Of a stretch of DNA of 33,674 nucleotides, positions 1 through 7,795 are shown piece after piece. Both the position numbers and the translations under genes were made by a program. The notes beneath the pieces were generated by a model. That model was not told where the DNA came from. It searched no databases and was given only the letters and a program-made list of their open reading frames with translations. The stretch comes from a virus (lineage: Duplodnaviria; Caudoviricetes), in IMG/VR virus record IMGVR_UViG_3300007640_000118, positions 1 through 33,674 of that record. One strand, written 5' to 3'. Every line of letters begins with the position of its first letter. Within the stretch, counting starts at the first letter, position 1.

Positions 1-322
1 CAGCTAGTGCGGCCATAAGGTAGGTCAGAACTGTATCGGCGATTGCGCGGGTGTCTGCAACTACCGCCTTCTCCCTGAACTTGGTGCTGTCCGCTGGAAC
101 CCATACGTCGTGAGCGCGGTCTGCGTCACGCCAATGGTCGTAGCGGCGGCTAATGCGCTCGTAAGACATTTTGGTTAAGGCACGCACGTAGTCTACGAGC
201 TTGATCTCTTGCTCGTCAGAGAGCATGTCAGAGACATCTTCGTAGTTCATCAGTGGCTGTGCCAGATTTGACAGATCAACTACTAGGTCGTTCTTGTCGA
301 GCTTTACGTCTTTGTATCTCAT
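1..322 (-). CDS. Probable portal protein, N-terminal part (runs off left edge)
   Basis: Not in ORF track. ATG at 322 directly follows the terL TAA (323-325); open frame MRYKDVKLDKNDLVVDL...ADTVLTYLMAALA to the window edge. Position after terL is typical for a portal gene. Confidence 0.6.
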   Translation of the reverse strand, partial: MRYKDVKLDKNDLVVDLSNLAQPLMNYEDVSDMLSDEQEIKLVDYVRALTKMSYERISRRYDHWRDADRAHDVWVPADSTKFREKAVVADTRAIADTVLTYLMAALA

Positions 323-1945
323 TTAGAGTTCACCCCAAGACTTCATCCACTTATCCTCTTTTTTGGCGGCCTGTTGCCACCACTGGTCGCCGTCTTTCGG
401 CGGTTGGAACTGATTGTTTAGCGACGAGCCGATGTCTAATGAGCCAGTGAACATGTCGCTAACAGCACCACCCATTCGTGATAGTACATCAAGACCCATA
501 GACAATGCGTCCACTTGGTCATCATTTGTGCCGTTAGGGAACGCTTGACACTCAAGCATAAAGTCGTCGAGCCAATGGGCGGAACGTGGGAGGAATACTC
601 TGCCCCCCTCTATGAGTGGGGTTACGGCGTTTAGGCGCGACACTTTGTCGGTGCTGACCTTGTATGGTATCACGGCGACGCCAGTCTGGTTGCGTAGCTC
701 TTGGATCAGAGATTGGCCGCTGGCCTTGTCTTCTATGTATAGGCCGCGTAGACCGTGGCCGCGCCATCGGGCATTGACCTGTACGCAGACACGCTTCAGT
801 TCGGGGAAGTCGTACTTGTTCCTGATAAGATCAAGAACGTGCATGTCTCCGTTTCGGTCAAGCCCCATGACTAGGAGTACGGAGTAGTCGGCCTGCTCCG
901 TTTTCTTGAACGCGGTGTCAGCCGCTATAATTAGTTGTGTGCAGTCTGGCTTATCATCGTCCCATTGCCACCAGCTATCCTTGATGATGTTACCGCCCTG
1001 TATGAACGGAGACTGCTGGTATAGGGATGCGAACTCGCGGGGGTCTAGCCTTTCTCGCTTTTTGAGTTCGTCAAGTGGGAACCTCTCAGGCCAGAGAGCT
1101 TCCTCGCTTTCATCATAGTAGTGTCTTTTTGATGGGGCGACCTTACTGAGTTGGCCCTGCGGAATGAAGCGCGGGTCATCTTCTGGGAGTTCTGCCACAG
1201 ATTTCTTGACATGTGTATCTACCTTACGAATGGCTGGGAAGTTAATATGATGCCATGCACCCTCTCGCCAATCGTCCGTGTCCATGAGACGGCCAGCCAC
1301 GTCGTCAGGATGCCAGCGGGTAAGGATGACTATCTCTATGGCGGGTGTGCCGTCTGGCTCTGGTTGCTTACGAGTGGTCAGTGCGGATACGTAGTACGAC
1401 CACGTTTTGTTGCGCTGTGTCGCGCTGTCAGCTTCTTCACGGGCTTTGATCGGGTCGTCTACTAGGAGGAGCGTCGCCGCACGACCCGTCGTAGAGCCGC
1501 CGATGCCAGTTGCGTAATATGTTCCGCCCATCGAAGTCCGCCAGTCGTCAACAGCACGGCTCTCCTCAGACAATACAAAGTCAGAAAACGCCTGGCTGAC
1601 GATAGGCTCACGGGCATGGTCGCGTGTCTGCCGACCAAATGTCTTGGCGAGGTCTTGGTTGTACGAGGTGGCAAGGACATTTCGGTTTGGTTTCCGTGCG
1701 AGGTAGTAGACTGGGAAAAGTGTAGACGCAAGCCACGACTTACCATGTCGAGGTGGCATAGTAATAAGTAGTCGTCGAGGGCCGAGCGCCCCCCTCTCAA
1801 GCTGGTCAAGCGCATCTACAAGCTCCTCTTGGAATGGTGCTAACTCAAACTTCGGCGCTAACGCTTTCACGAACCCCCTGAAGCCCGTCTTCGCTTCCTG
1901 TATCTGTAGGAGCTTCTTCGCCGCCTCCGCTCTCGTTATCGCCAT
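323..1945 (-). CDS. terL: Terminase large subunit
   Basis: Walker A-like MPPRHGKS, Walker B LLLVDDP, TRWHPDD coupling motif, RNase H-like nuclease acidic residues (AADTA, IEDKASG, DDQVDA). Confidence 0.95.
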   Translation of the reverse strand: MAITRAEAAKKLLQIQEAKTGFRGFVKALAPKFELAPFQEELVDALDQLERGALGPRRLLITMPPRHGKSWLASTLFPVYYLARKPNRNVLATSYNQDLAKTFGRQTRDHAREPIVSQAFSDFVLSEESRAVDDWRTSMGGTYYATGIGGSTTGRAATLLLVDDPIKAREEADSATQRNKTWSYYVSALTTRKQPEPDGTPAIEIVILTRWHPDDVAGRLMDTDDWREGAWHHINFPAIRKVDTHVKKSVAELPEDDPRFIPQGQLSKVAPSKRHYYDESEEALWPERFPLDELKKRERLDPREFASLYQQSPFIQGGNIIKDSWWQWDDDKPDCTQLIIAADTAFKKTEQADYSVLLVMGLDRNGDMHVLDLIRNKYDFPELKRVCVQVNARWRGHGLRGLYIEDKASGQSLIQELRNQTGVAVIPYKVSTDKVSRLNAVTPLIEGGRVFLPRSAHWLDDFMLECQAFPNGTNDDQVDALSMGLDVLSRMGGAVSDMFTGSLDIGSSLNNQFQPPKDGDQWWQQAAKKEDKWMKSWGEL

Positions 1946-2270
1946 CCTCTACTTCTCCTTCGATTACCTCGCCCTGACGTGCGATTTCCATAAGCTCATC
2001 GACTGTCAGTTCATCGACGCTTTTGTTTTCTACCGTGTGCTGATTAAAGCTGTGGTGTAGGTCGGGCATGACTTTGTTAAGCATCATGCCAAACAGTCTT
2101 ACCTGTTGGTTGTCCCATTTGCGGTTGCCTTCCAAGACTTCTCGCACTGCTGGTATGTTCTTACGCACTACGTCGAGAACGCTACGCCGCACTCTGTCAA
2201 CTTGTTGCGGTGTTACTGCTGGAAGACCCATTCCCCTTGTTGGGTGCGGGTTTTTCTTAACTACGCTCAT
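1845..2270 (-). CDS. Putative terminase small subunit
   Basis: Directly upstream of terL. Start re-assigned to ATG 2270 (GGGGAAG SD). Helical body ending 'DELTVDELMEIA'; acidic tail overlaps the terL start. Confidence 0.5.
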   Translation of the reverse strand: MSVVKKNPHPTRGMGLPAVTPQQVDRVRRSVLDVVRKNIPAVREVLEGNRKWDNQQVRLFGMMLNKVMPDLHHSFNQHTVENKSVDELTVDELMEIARQGEVIEGEVEDGDNESGGGEEAPTDTGSEDGLQGVRESVSAEV

Positions 2271-2413
2271 TACTTCCCCATGAACTGTTGAGATGTAACG
2301 ATAACGCGACATGCGTAAGCAAATCGTCCCTGTCTGAGAAATAAGACAGCGTTTTCAAAATTTGGTGAAAAATATCGGAATGGTGGTGACTGGCATACAG
2401 GAAAGCCGTCGGC

Positions 2414-2432
2414 GGGGCGGCCTAGCCGCCCC
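2414..2432. other. Perfect GC hairpin GGGGCGGC-CTA-GCCGCCCC
   Basis: 8-bp inverted repeat with 3-nt loop in the divergent terS/early-gene intergenic region. Confidence 0.6.
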
Positions 2433-2721
2433 CCACCCTAACAATCTGTCAGATAAGTGACAACTGGTCTAGGTAAGTCATTGTTTTTGTTATAGTTCTG
2501 TAGCCTTCTGAGGGCTATATCTGGTGTTTTATCCTACGGTGTTTAGGAAATGCTCTGACATATCAGCATTTAATCAGGGGGATAGAGGGTAATGGTAATC
2601 ATTTCAGATACTTGGCCTCGTCGTCGAGACCCCCCAAAGGGGGTAGGGGGGAGTAAATGGTGTCGCCGTTGCCGCTGTGGCTCGGCGGAACAAATCAACC
2701 CTGCCTCAAGGAGATAACCTC

Positions 2722-3093
2722 ATGGCTAAAATTACCGTAACCAAGACCTTCACTTCCAAGAACTACACCAACCCTGTTGCCGTCGGTGTCAAGGTTGGCC
2801 GTAAGTCCTACGACCTCAACCGCACTTCTGCCGACGACATCAAAGCGTTCTTCAACGGCAAGTTCGAGGTTGACATCCAAGACCTTCGGAACATCGCAAC
2901 CTTTGTGCTTCGTCGTGCCAAGGACAACGAATACAAGCGGCTGAAATACACTTCCAAGGCTGTTTGTGATGCCTATGTCAGAGCCTCTGGCAAATGCCCT
3001 ACTGCTCTCAAGGCTAACTACACCAAGAAAGCCAAAGCTAACCGTGACTGCTACGAGGCTATCGTTGCAATCGGTCAGGCTATGGTGGCCTAA
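2722..3093 (+). CDS. First early gene, 123-aa basic hypothetical protein
   Basis: AAGGAG SD before ATG 2722; Lys/Arg-rich; followed by its own terminator. Confidence 0.85.
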   Translation: MAKITVTKTFTSKNYTNPVAVGVKVGRKSYDLNRTSADDIKAFFNGKFEVDIQDLRNIATFVLRRAKDNEYKRLKYTSKAVCDAYVRASGKCPTALKANYTKKAKANRDCYEAIVAIGQAMVA

Positions 3094-3108
3094 CATCACC
3101 AACCACTA

Positions 3109-3142
3109 GCGAGGATGGCTTCGGCTGTCCTCGTTTTTTTTT
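3109..3142 (+). terminator. Intrinsic terminator
   Basis: GCGAGGATGGC-TTCG-GCTGTCCTCGT stem with C(UUCG)G loop, then a T run. Confidence 0.9.
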
Positions 3143-3192
3143 GTGCATTTTTTAGTTCATTTTCCACAACAACCAACGAAGGGAACATCAAC

Positions 3193-3516
3193 ATGAACGC
3201 ACCAATGAGCAGAGATGAACGCTACGCCTCAACTTGGGGAACACCAATGGGGCAAGATTGCATCTCGCTCGACACCACTTTGTGCAAGTGGCTGGGTGAA
3301 CGGATGATTTTCTTGTCCGAACACACCAACTCATACCACCCTGACTACACCTACGAAAGCTGGGTCGGTAACTTGGCACAACATGGCTATGCCTTGCTTG
3401 CATACCATGACCACTGGAACGACCACGACGACGACAAGCCTACGGTTGACTATCACCTCAAGGCTCAAGCCGCCATGCTGTTCGTTGCATCAAACCTCGG
3501 TCACTTCTGGGACTAA
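3193..3516 (+). CDS. Hypothetical early protein (107 aa)
   Basis: GAAGGG SD before ATG 3193. The track's upstream start crosses the terminator and is unlikely. Confidence 0.8.
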   Translation: MNAPMSRDERYASTWGTPMGQDCISLDTTLCKWLGERMIFLSEHTNSYHPDYTYESWVGNLAQHGYALLAYHDHWNDHDDDKPTVDYHLKAQAAMLFVASNLGHFWD

Positions 3517-3520
3517 CCAC

Positions 3521-3544
3521 AAGGGGACGCTTCGGTGTCCCCTT
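3521..3544 (+). other. Stable C(UUCG)G hairpin without U tract
   Basis: AAGGGGACGC-TTCG-GTGTCCCCTT, directly 5' of the hammerhead. Confidence 0.7.
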
Positions 3545-3596
3545 CCCTGTCGTATGACGCTAGTAGTCATGCCTGATGAGTTACTGCGAAACAGGG
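3545..3596 (+). ncRNA. Type III hammerhead ribozyme
   Basis: Stem III CCCTGT(3545-50)/ACAGGG(3591-96); GUC cleavage triplet ending at C3551; stem I GTATGAC/GTCATGC; core CTGATGA (3573-79); minimal stem II G3580..C3587; GAAA (3588-91). Loop I TAGTA is complementary to loop II TACTG. Confidence 0.88.
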
Positions 3597-3720
3597 CATA
3601 ACAAGTCATTGGACATCAGCGAGCCTCTTGAACCACATGGTTGGGGAGAGGTCGTGACCCACGCTTATGACCCTTTCGCAATAACTCTTTCCTACACACA
3701 CCAACCAACGGAGGGCTGTT

Positions 3721-3909
3721 ATGCAACAGTTCACACATTACAAATCGTTCAGTTCATTCCTTGCCGATGTCGATAGAGACGAGGCAGTTCACGGCAACAC
3801 CAGTGGCGTAGTAGTCGAGAAGATTACTCGTCGTGTCATTGGCAAGTGGCAAGCCCACAACGATGCCAGCGTCACCGTCAACTGGAAATCAATCAAGGAG
3901 GCAGTGTAA
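3721..3909 (+). CDS. Hypothetical early protein (62 aa)
   Basis: Leader motif plus GGAGG SD; TAATG coupling to the next ORF. Confidence 0.8.
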   Translation: MQQFTHYKSFSSFLADVDRDEAVHGNTSGVVVEKITRRVIGKWQAHNDASVTVNWKSIKEAV

Positions 3910-4163
3910 TGCGGCACATCAGCAAGCCAATGACCAACACGCTGGTCGAAGTATCTCGTGCCACTCTTGCCTACTGGATTGAGAGGGCAGTCACTTGCTC
4001 ACAGTTAATGGATGGCGAGAGCAAGCAGTTCTTGTTCAACCAAATGACCTGTGAGTTTGAGGCTATCTGCGAAAGCATTTCGTCTCGCAACATCCTCGCA
4101 CCGATAGAGGTTGATGACCATCGTCGTCGCTTCTACGATACACAACTCAAGCAATCTGCTTGA
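3909..4163 (+). CDS. Hypothetical early protein (84 aa)
   Basis: AAGGAGG SD; ATG overlaps the upstream TAA. Confidence 0.75.
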   Translation: MRHISKPMTNTLVEVSRATLAYWIERAVTCSQLMDGESKQFLFNQMTCEFEAICESISSRNILAPIEVDDHRRRFYDTQLKQSA

Positions 4164-4187
4164 CATCTGTCACACATCTGCTACACA
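4160..4187 (+). promoter_or_regulatory. Candidate sigma70-type promoter
   Basis: TTGACA, 16-nt spacer, (GC)TACACA resembling the alphaproteobacterial GCTANA -10; TGACA-TC-TGTCA palindrome overlaps the -35. Confidence 0.4.
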
Positions 4188-4204
4188 CCTAACAGGAGGC
4201 TCAG

Positions 4205-4303
4205 ATGGAACTACCAATAGACCAACTCTTGCTAATTGGCGATGCCATCTGGGGCATCACCGTAATCGTAGCCGACATCCTTATGGTCGGCTGGGGAGCA
4301 TAA
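4205..4303 (+). CDS. Small hydrophobic peptide (32 aa)
   Basis: Not in ORF track. AGGAGG SD; MELPIDQLLLIGDAIWGITVIVADILMVGWGA; fills the gap exactly. Confidence 0.7.
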   Translation: MELPIDQLLLIGDAIWGITVIVADILMVGWGA

Positions 4304-4304
4304 C

Positions 4305-4550
4305 ATGACACACATCAACCGCACAAAAATCATCATCCCTTTCAACTACGAACGACCACCACTAAGAGTTCGTGTTGCAAAGGCTCTTGGCTACATCTCA
4401 ATCGGCATCATTGCCTACGCAGTCATTCTCTTGGCCGCCTTCGAGTTCATGGTTGGCTGTGGCACGACCACTTACAACGCCGATGGCACTTACTACACCA
4501 ACGAGTGCCTGTTCATACCATACGAGCCAGTTGAGGGGAGATGGAAATGA
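4305..4550 (+). CDS. Single-TM membrane protein (81 aa)
   Basis: GGGGAG SD; hydrophobic stretch ALGYISIGIIAYAVILLAAFEFMVG; two Cys in the C-terminal part. Confidence 0.8.
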   Translation: MTHINRTKIIIPFNYERPPLRVRVAKALGYISIGIIAYAVILLAAFEFMVGCGTTTYNADGTYYTNECLFIPYEPVEGRWK

Positions 4551-4747
4551 AGATACCAAAGGTTTATCTCAAAGACCAACTCATCAACAATAGCACTCAA
4601 GTCTTGAATGACATTGAGACCAGCCTGCAAAAGCATCTTGGTCACTACTTCCAATGGGAATGGCGTTCAGTTGTGGGTGACAACCCATACGAGCCGCCAA
4701 TGTGGTCGCTTCATATCTATGTAGAGAGGAAAGAAACCGATGAGTAA
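4547..4747 (+). CDS. Hypothetical protein
   Basis: ATGA overlap with the upstream gene, GGAG SD. Confidence 0.7.
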   Translation: MKIPKVYLKDQLINNSTQVLNDIETSLQKHLGHYFQWEWRSVVGDNPYEPPMWSLHIYVERKETDE

Positions 4748-4976
4748 CCATAACAAAATCAAATCCAGAACATTCGCTCGGCCTACTAAGGCGGTGACTG
4801 TCACGCTGACCGACAACTTTGAGGTCGGCGAGAATGTCTACGATGCCATGCTCTACCACATGGAGCAGTGTGTTAAGGATGGCGACCTCACTGGCTGGGA
4901 CTTTTATGTCGTCGAAGAAAGTGGATTTGGTTGGGAAGGTGAAACCCCATTGCCCATAGACGGAGTGCTGACATGA
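4740..4976 (+). CDS. Hypothetical protein (78 aa)
   Basis: GAGG SD; overlaps neighbouring ORFs in an operon-like way. Confidence 0.75.
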   Translation: MSNHNKIKSRTFARPTKAVTVTLTDNFEVGENVYDAMLYHMEQCVKDGDLTGWDFYVVEESGFGWEGETPLPIDGVLT

Positions 4977-5062
4977 ATGACACCACGCAAATCAAACGCT
5001 ATGCCGTTGAGGTATGCGTCCTCATCTTCCTTGCATGGGCTATGTGTCCATGCAACGGGTAA
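4973..5062 (+). CDS. Small hydrophobic peptide (29 aa)
   Basis: Not in ORF track. GGAG SD, ATGA overlap; MNDTTQIKRYAVEVCVLIFLAWAMCPCNG. Confidence 0.55.
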   Translation: MNDTTQIKRYAVEVCVLIFLAWAMCPCNG

Positions 5063-5526
5063 GAACATTCCGATATGTAGTCTATGACCAAGTGCATGAC
5101 TACGTTCGCAATGGGTGGGTGGTATCTGCGACATTCCCACCAAGCGTTCATCACTCGCAGTATTCACTAATCATGGAGAAACGGATGGCAGTTACAAAAG
5201 ACAGCCCCCTATATGGTATGGCCTGTAATCTGAATGACATCGAATACAGGCTGACCAACGAGTTCAGTTGCCAACCCCATACAGTTGGCGGTGAATTGAT
5301 AGCATCAGTCATCGGACTACGAGAGCAAGTAGATGAGATAAACAACGCTCTCACTGATGTCATGCCTCACCTTGCGGATATTATTGATTCATACCACGCA
5401 GACGAACAGCGTGACTACGAAGAAGAAACAGAAACCAACGGAGAAAAGCCCACCAGTCATATCTTTCTGTCCATTGATAAGATGGCTGACTTCTTTCATT
5501 GGATAGAGGATTTGTCAGATGTATAG
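5050..5526 (+). CDS. Hypothetical protein; start uncertain (5050 or 5185)
   Basis: Open frame with an internal GGAG SD before in-frame ATG 5185. Confidence 0.65.
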   Translation: MQRVRTFRYVVYDQVHDYVRNGWVVSATFPPSVHHSQYSLIMEKRMAVTKDSPLYGMACNLNDIEYRLTNEFSCQPHTVGGELIASVIGLREQVDEINNALTDVMPHLADIIDSYHADEQRDYEEETETNGEKPTSHIFLSIDKMADFFHWIEDLSDV

Positions 5527-5722
5527 CGTCTGGCTCATCGACAGAAATCATCAACCCCATCATGCCTGTGATGTCGATGGCGACAGCGTAGGCTACGAAG
5601 AGGTTGAGCAACTCGCCGCTTCACTCGTAACCGAATTGAACGGCGCACTCGCCCCCAACCTGACCAGTTGGATAGTCATTAACAACCAACTCACCACGAT
5701 AGATGAGGCTATCAGTGGCTAA
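5519..5722 (+). CDS. Hypothetical protein (67 aa)
   Basis: GAGGA SD, overlap with the upstream stop. Confidence 0.7.
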   Translation: MYSVWLIDRNHQPHHACDVDGDSVGYEEVEQLAASLVTELNGALAPNLTSWIVINNQLTTIDEAISG

Positions 5723-5752
5723 CACACACCAACCATTACGAAGGGAAACCGT

Positions 5753-7783
5753 ATGCTTACGAAAGCAAAAATCTTGGACTTCATTGTCCAATACAGGCGG
5801 CTGGATGGTAACACATCTCGCAACCTACTACGAAAGTTCGTTGCCGATAACTGGGACAGCCTAGTCGAGAACACGAACGCAAGACGCTCACTGACAGTTG
5901 CCTCTGGCATTAAGTTACGCAAGTGGATCGACAGTGTTGACCGCTGTGTCTTGCTGTCCCTCATTCACGCCGCACTCACTGACTACATGAAGTCTAAGGA
6001 CAGCGGACAGTTTGTCCACGACAGACGAGATGAGTGGTTCGACTTGTGTCTTGAGGCACTGAAAGACGAAACCAAATGCCACTTCAAACGACGAGGCAGT
6101 GGCAAATCTTATGGGTTCAACAAAGTGTTACATGACGACGACGCTGACCTCATCCGCACCATAGACAACGGCCTTGTCAATTTCGCCTACAACGAACCCT
6201 TGACCTTCAAGGACAAGACCAACCACACACCAACCAACACAGGAGAAAGACCCGTGAGTGAAGTTCTATACGCTAACACTTGCATCGCAATACTTAACCA
6301 AGAGCTAGTCGATCAGGGCTTGGCGCAACTTACCGACGCACCACAATTCCCCGACCCAGATGCTGTCAAAAGCATAATGACCCAGATGAACGCAGTCGGC
6401 ATGGCTTCGAGGAGTGACCCTGACAGGTTCATTGAGGCTGTGTCTGCATCGGTGCAACTGATGTCGCTCGGCAATGACTGGCAAACCATAGACCATCTGC
6501 TGTCGGATGCCACCAACCCTGACAACTTTGACACTGTGGCAATCAAACAGATGTTCAAAGAAGACGAGCATATACAGGCAGAGGCAGACGCCCAGCAAGA
6601 GACACGGCCAAAGCCTTCGTGGTCTATTGATCCGACACTCAAGCCAGCCATTGATGCACTACTCAAGCAGAACAACAACCTAACCTTCGACCAGATGGTT
6701 GACCAGTTCAATGAGCAAGTATCCAAAGTCATGGACTTGACCAACCAAGTCAACAGGCTGTCCAAGTCTGCAAGCAATGTCCCTGCCATGCCAACCGCTG
6801 GCGTTGACGATGACCTTACCTACGAGGTCGTCATGCAGAACGCTGGCAAGGTGTTCGGACGCAAGGTCAAAGCACTTGCCTTCGACATACCTACGCTAGT
6901 GTGGCGCAACGCTAACGGCGACGAGGTGCGGCATCCCCTGTGTCCTGATGTCGATGACAACTACGAGTTCAGACCTGACCACCTAATCAAGTTCCTGTCT
7001 GGTCACTTGTTCGGTCAGAACCTCTGGCTTCATGGCCACACTGGCACAGGTAAGACTACGTTAGCCGAGCAAGTCGCGGCTCGCATTGGCTTCCCTGTTC
7101 ACCGTCTCAACCTCGACAGTAACATCGAACGTAGTGACATGGTTGGCTCGAAAGAGTTGACAGTCGAGAACGGTGTGCCTGTCACGACGTATGTCGAGGG
7201 TATCCTACCACGAGCCATGCAACAGCCATCGTTCCTGATACTCGACGAGATGGACGCTGGCCAAGCTGATGTGTTGTTCACCATCCAACGTGCGCTAGAG
7301 AAGAAAGGTCTTGTGCTTACAGAGGACGGTGGCCGAGTGGTTCAGTCTCACGCACTGTTCCGATTCATCGCAACGGCCAACTCTCGTGGTCAGGGTGACG
7401 AGTATGGCTGGTATCAAGGCGTCCGCCCCATGAACGTCGCTACGCTTGACCGCTTCGGTGTGTTCATTGAGGTTGACTACTTAGACAAGACCACCGAGCA
7501 GAAGCTACTCACCAACAAGTATCCGACACTCAAGAAGTCTGACGCCGAAGAGATGTCACAGTTCGCAGTCGAGGTTCGGCAAGCGTTCAAGACTGGCGAG
7601 TTGTCCACCACCATATCACCTCGCGGCATGGATAGTCTGGTCATGTATTTCCTACACATGTCTGACCTCATGCCTGACCGCAAGACAGCACTCAAGAAAG
7701 CACTTGAGGTTGTCATCACTGATCGTGCGCCAGCAGATAGCACTCGCACTGTTATCGAAATGGCTGACCGCGTGTTTTCATAA
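5753..7783 (+). CDS. CobS/MoxR-like AAA+ ATPase with long N-terminal extension
   Basis: Walker A GHTGTGKT, Walker B LILDEMD, FRFIATAN sensor, 'ATLDRF' arginine finger, 'ISPR' motif; adjacent to a VWA gene. Confidence 0.9.
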   Translation: MLTKAKILDFIVQYRRLDGNTSRNLLRKFVADNWDSLVENTNARRSLTVASGIKLRKWIDSVDRCVLLSLIHAALTDYMKSKDSGQFVHDRRDEWFDLCLEALKDETKCHFKRRGSGKSYGFNKVLHDDDADLIRTIDNGLVNFAYNEPLTFKDKTNHTPTNTGERPVSEVLYANTCIAILNQELVDQGLAQLTDAPQFPDPDAVKSIMTQMNAVGMASRSDPDRFIEAVSASVQLMSLGNDWQTIDHLLSDATNPDNFDTVAIKQMFKEDEHIQAEADAQQETRPKPSWSIDPTLKPAIDALLKQNNNLTFDQMVDQFNEQVSKVMDLTNQVNRLSKSASNVPAMPTAGVDDDLTYEVVMQNAGKVFGRKVKALAFDIPTLVWRNANGDEVRHPLCPDVDDNYEFRPDHLIKFLSGHLFGQNLWLHGHTGTGKTTLAEQVAARIGFPVHRLNLDSNIERSDMVGSKELTVENGVPVTTYVEGILPRAMQQPSFLILDEMDAGQADVLFTIQRALEKKGLVLTEDGGRVVQSHALFRFIATANSRGQGDEYGWYQGVRPMNVATLDRFGVFIEVDYLDKTTEQKLLTNKYPTLKKSDAEEMSQFAVEVRQAFKTGELSTTISPRGMDSLVMYFLHMSDLMPDRKTALKKALEVVITDRAPADSTRTVIEMADRVFS

Positions 7784-7795
7784 GGGAGATAAGCT

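Noticed and set aside
2414-2644. N4-like virion RNA polymerase hairpin promoters
   Set aside because: The two short-loop hairpins share no sequence with each other, and I see no RNA polymerase motifs in the visible part of the giant protein.
3321-3330. Extra ACACACCAA copies at 3321 and 11956
   Set aside because: Inside coding sequence, shorter than the 10-mer and not followed by an SD; treated as chance.
3383-3776. Track ORFs 3383-3601 and 3576-3776
   Set aside because: No SD; they cross the hairpin and ribozyme region, which is better explained as non-coding.
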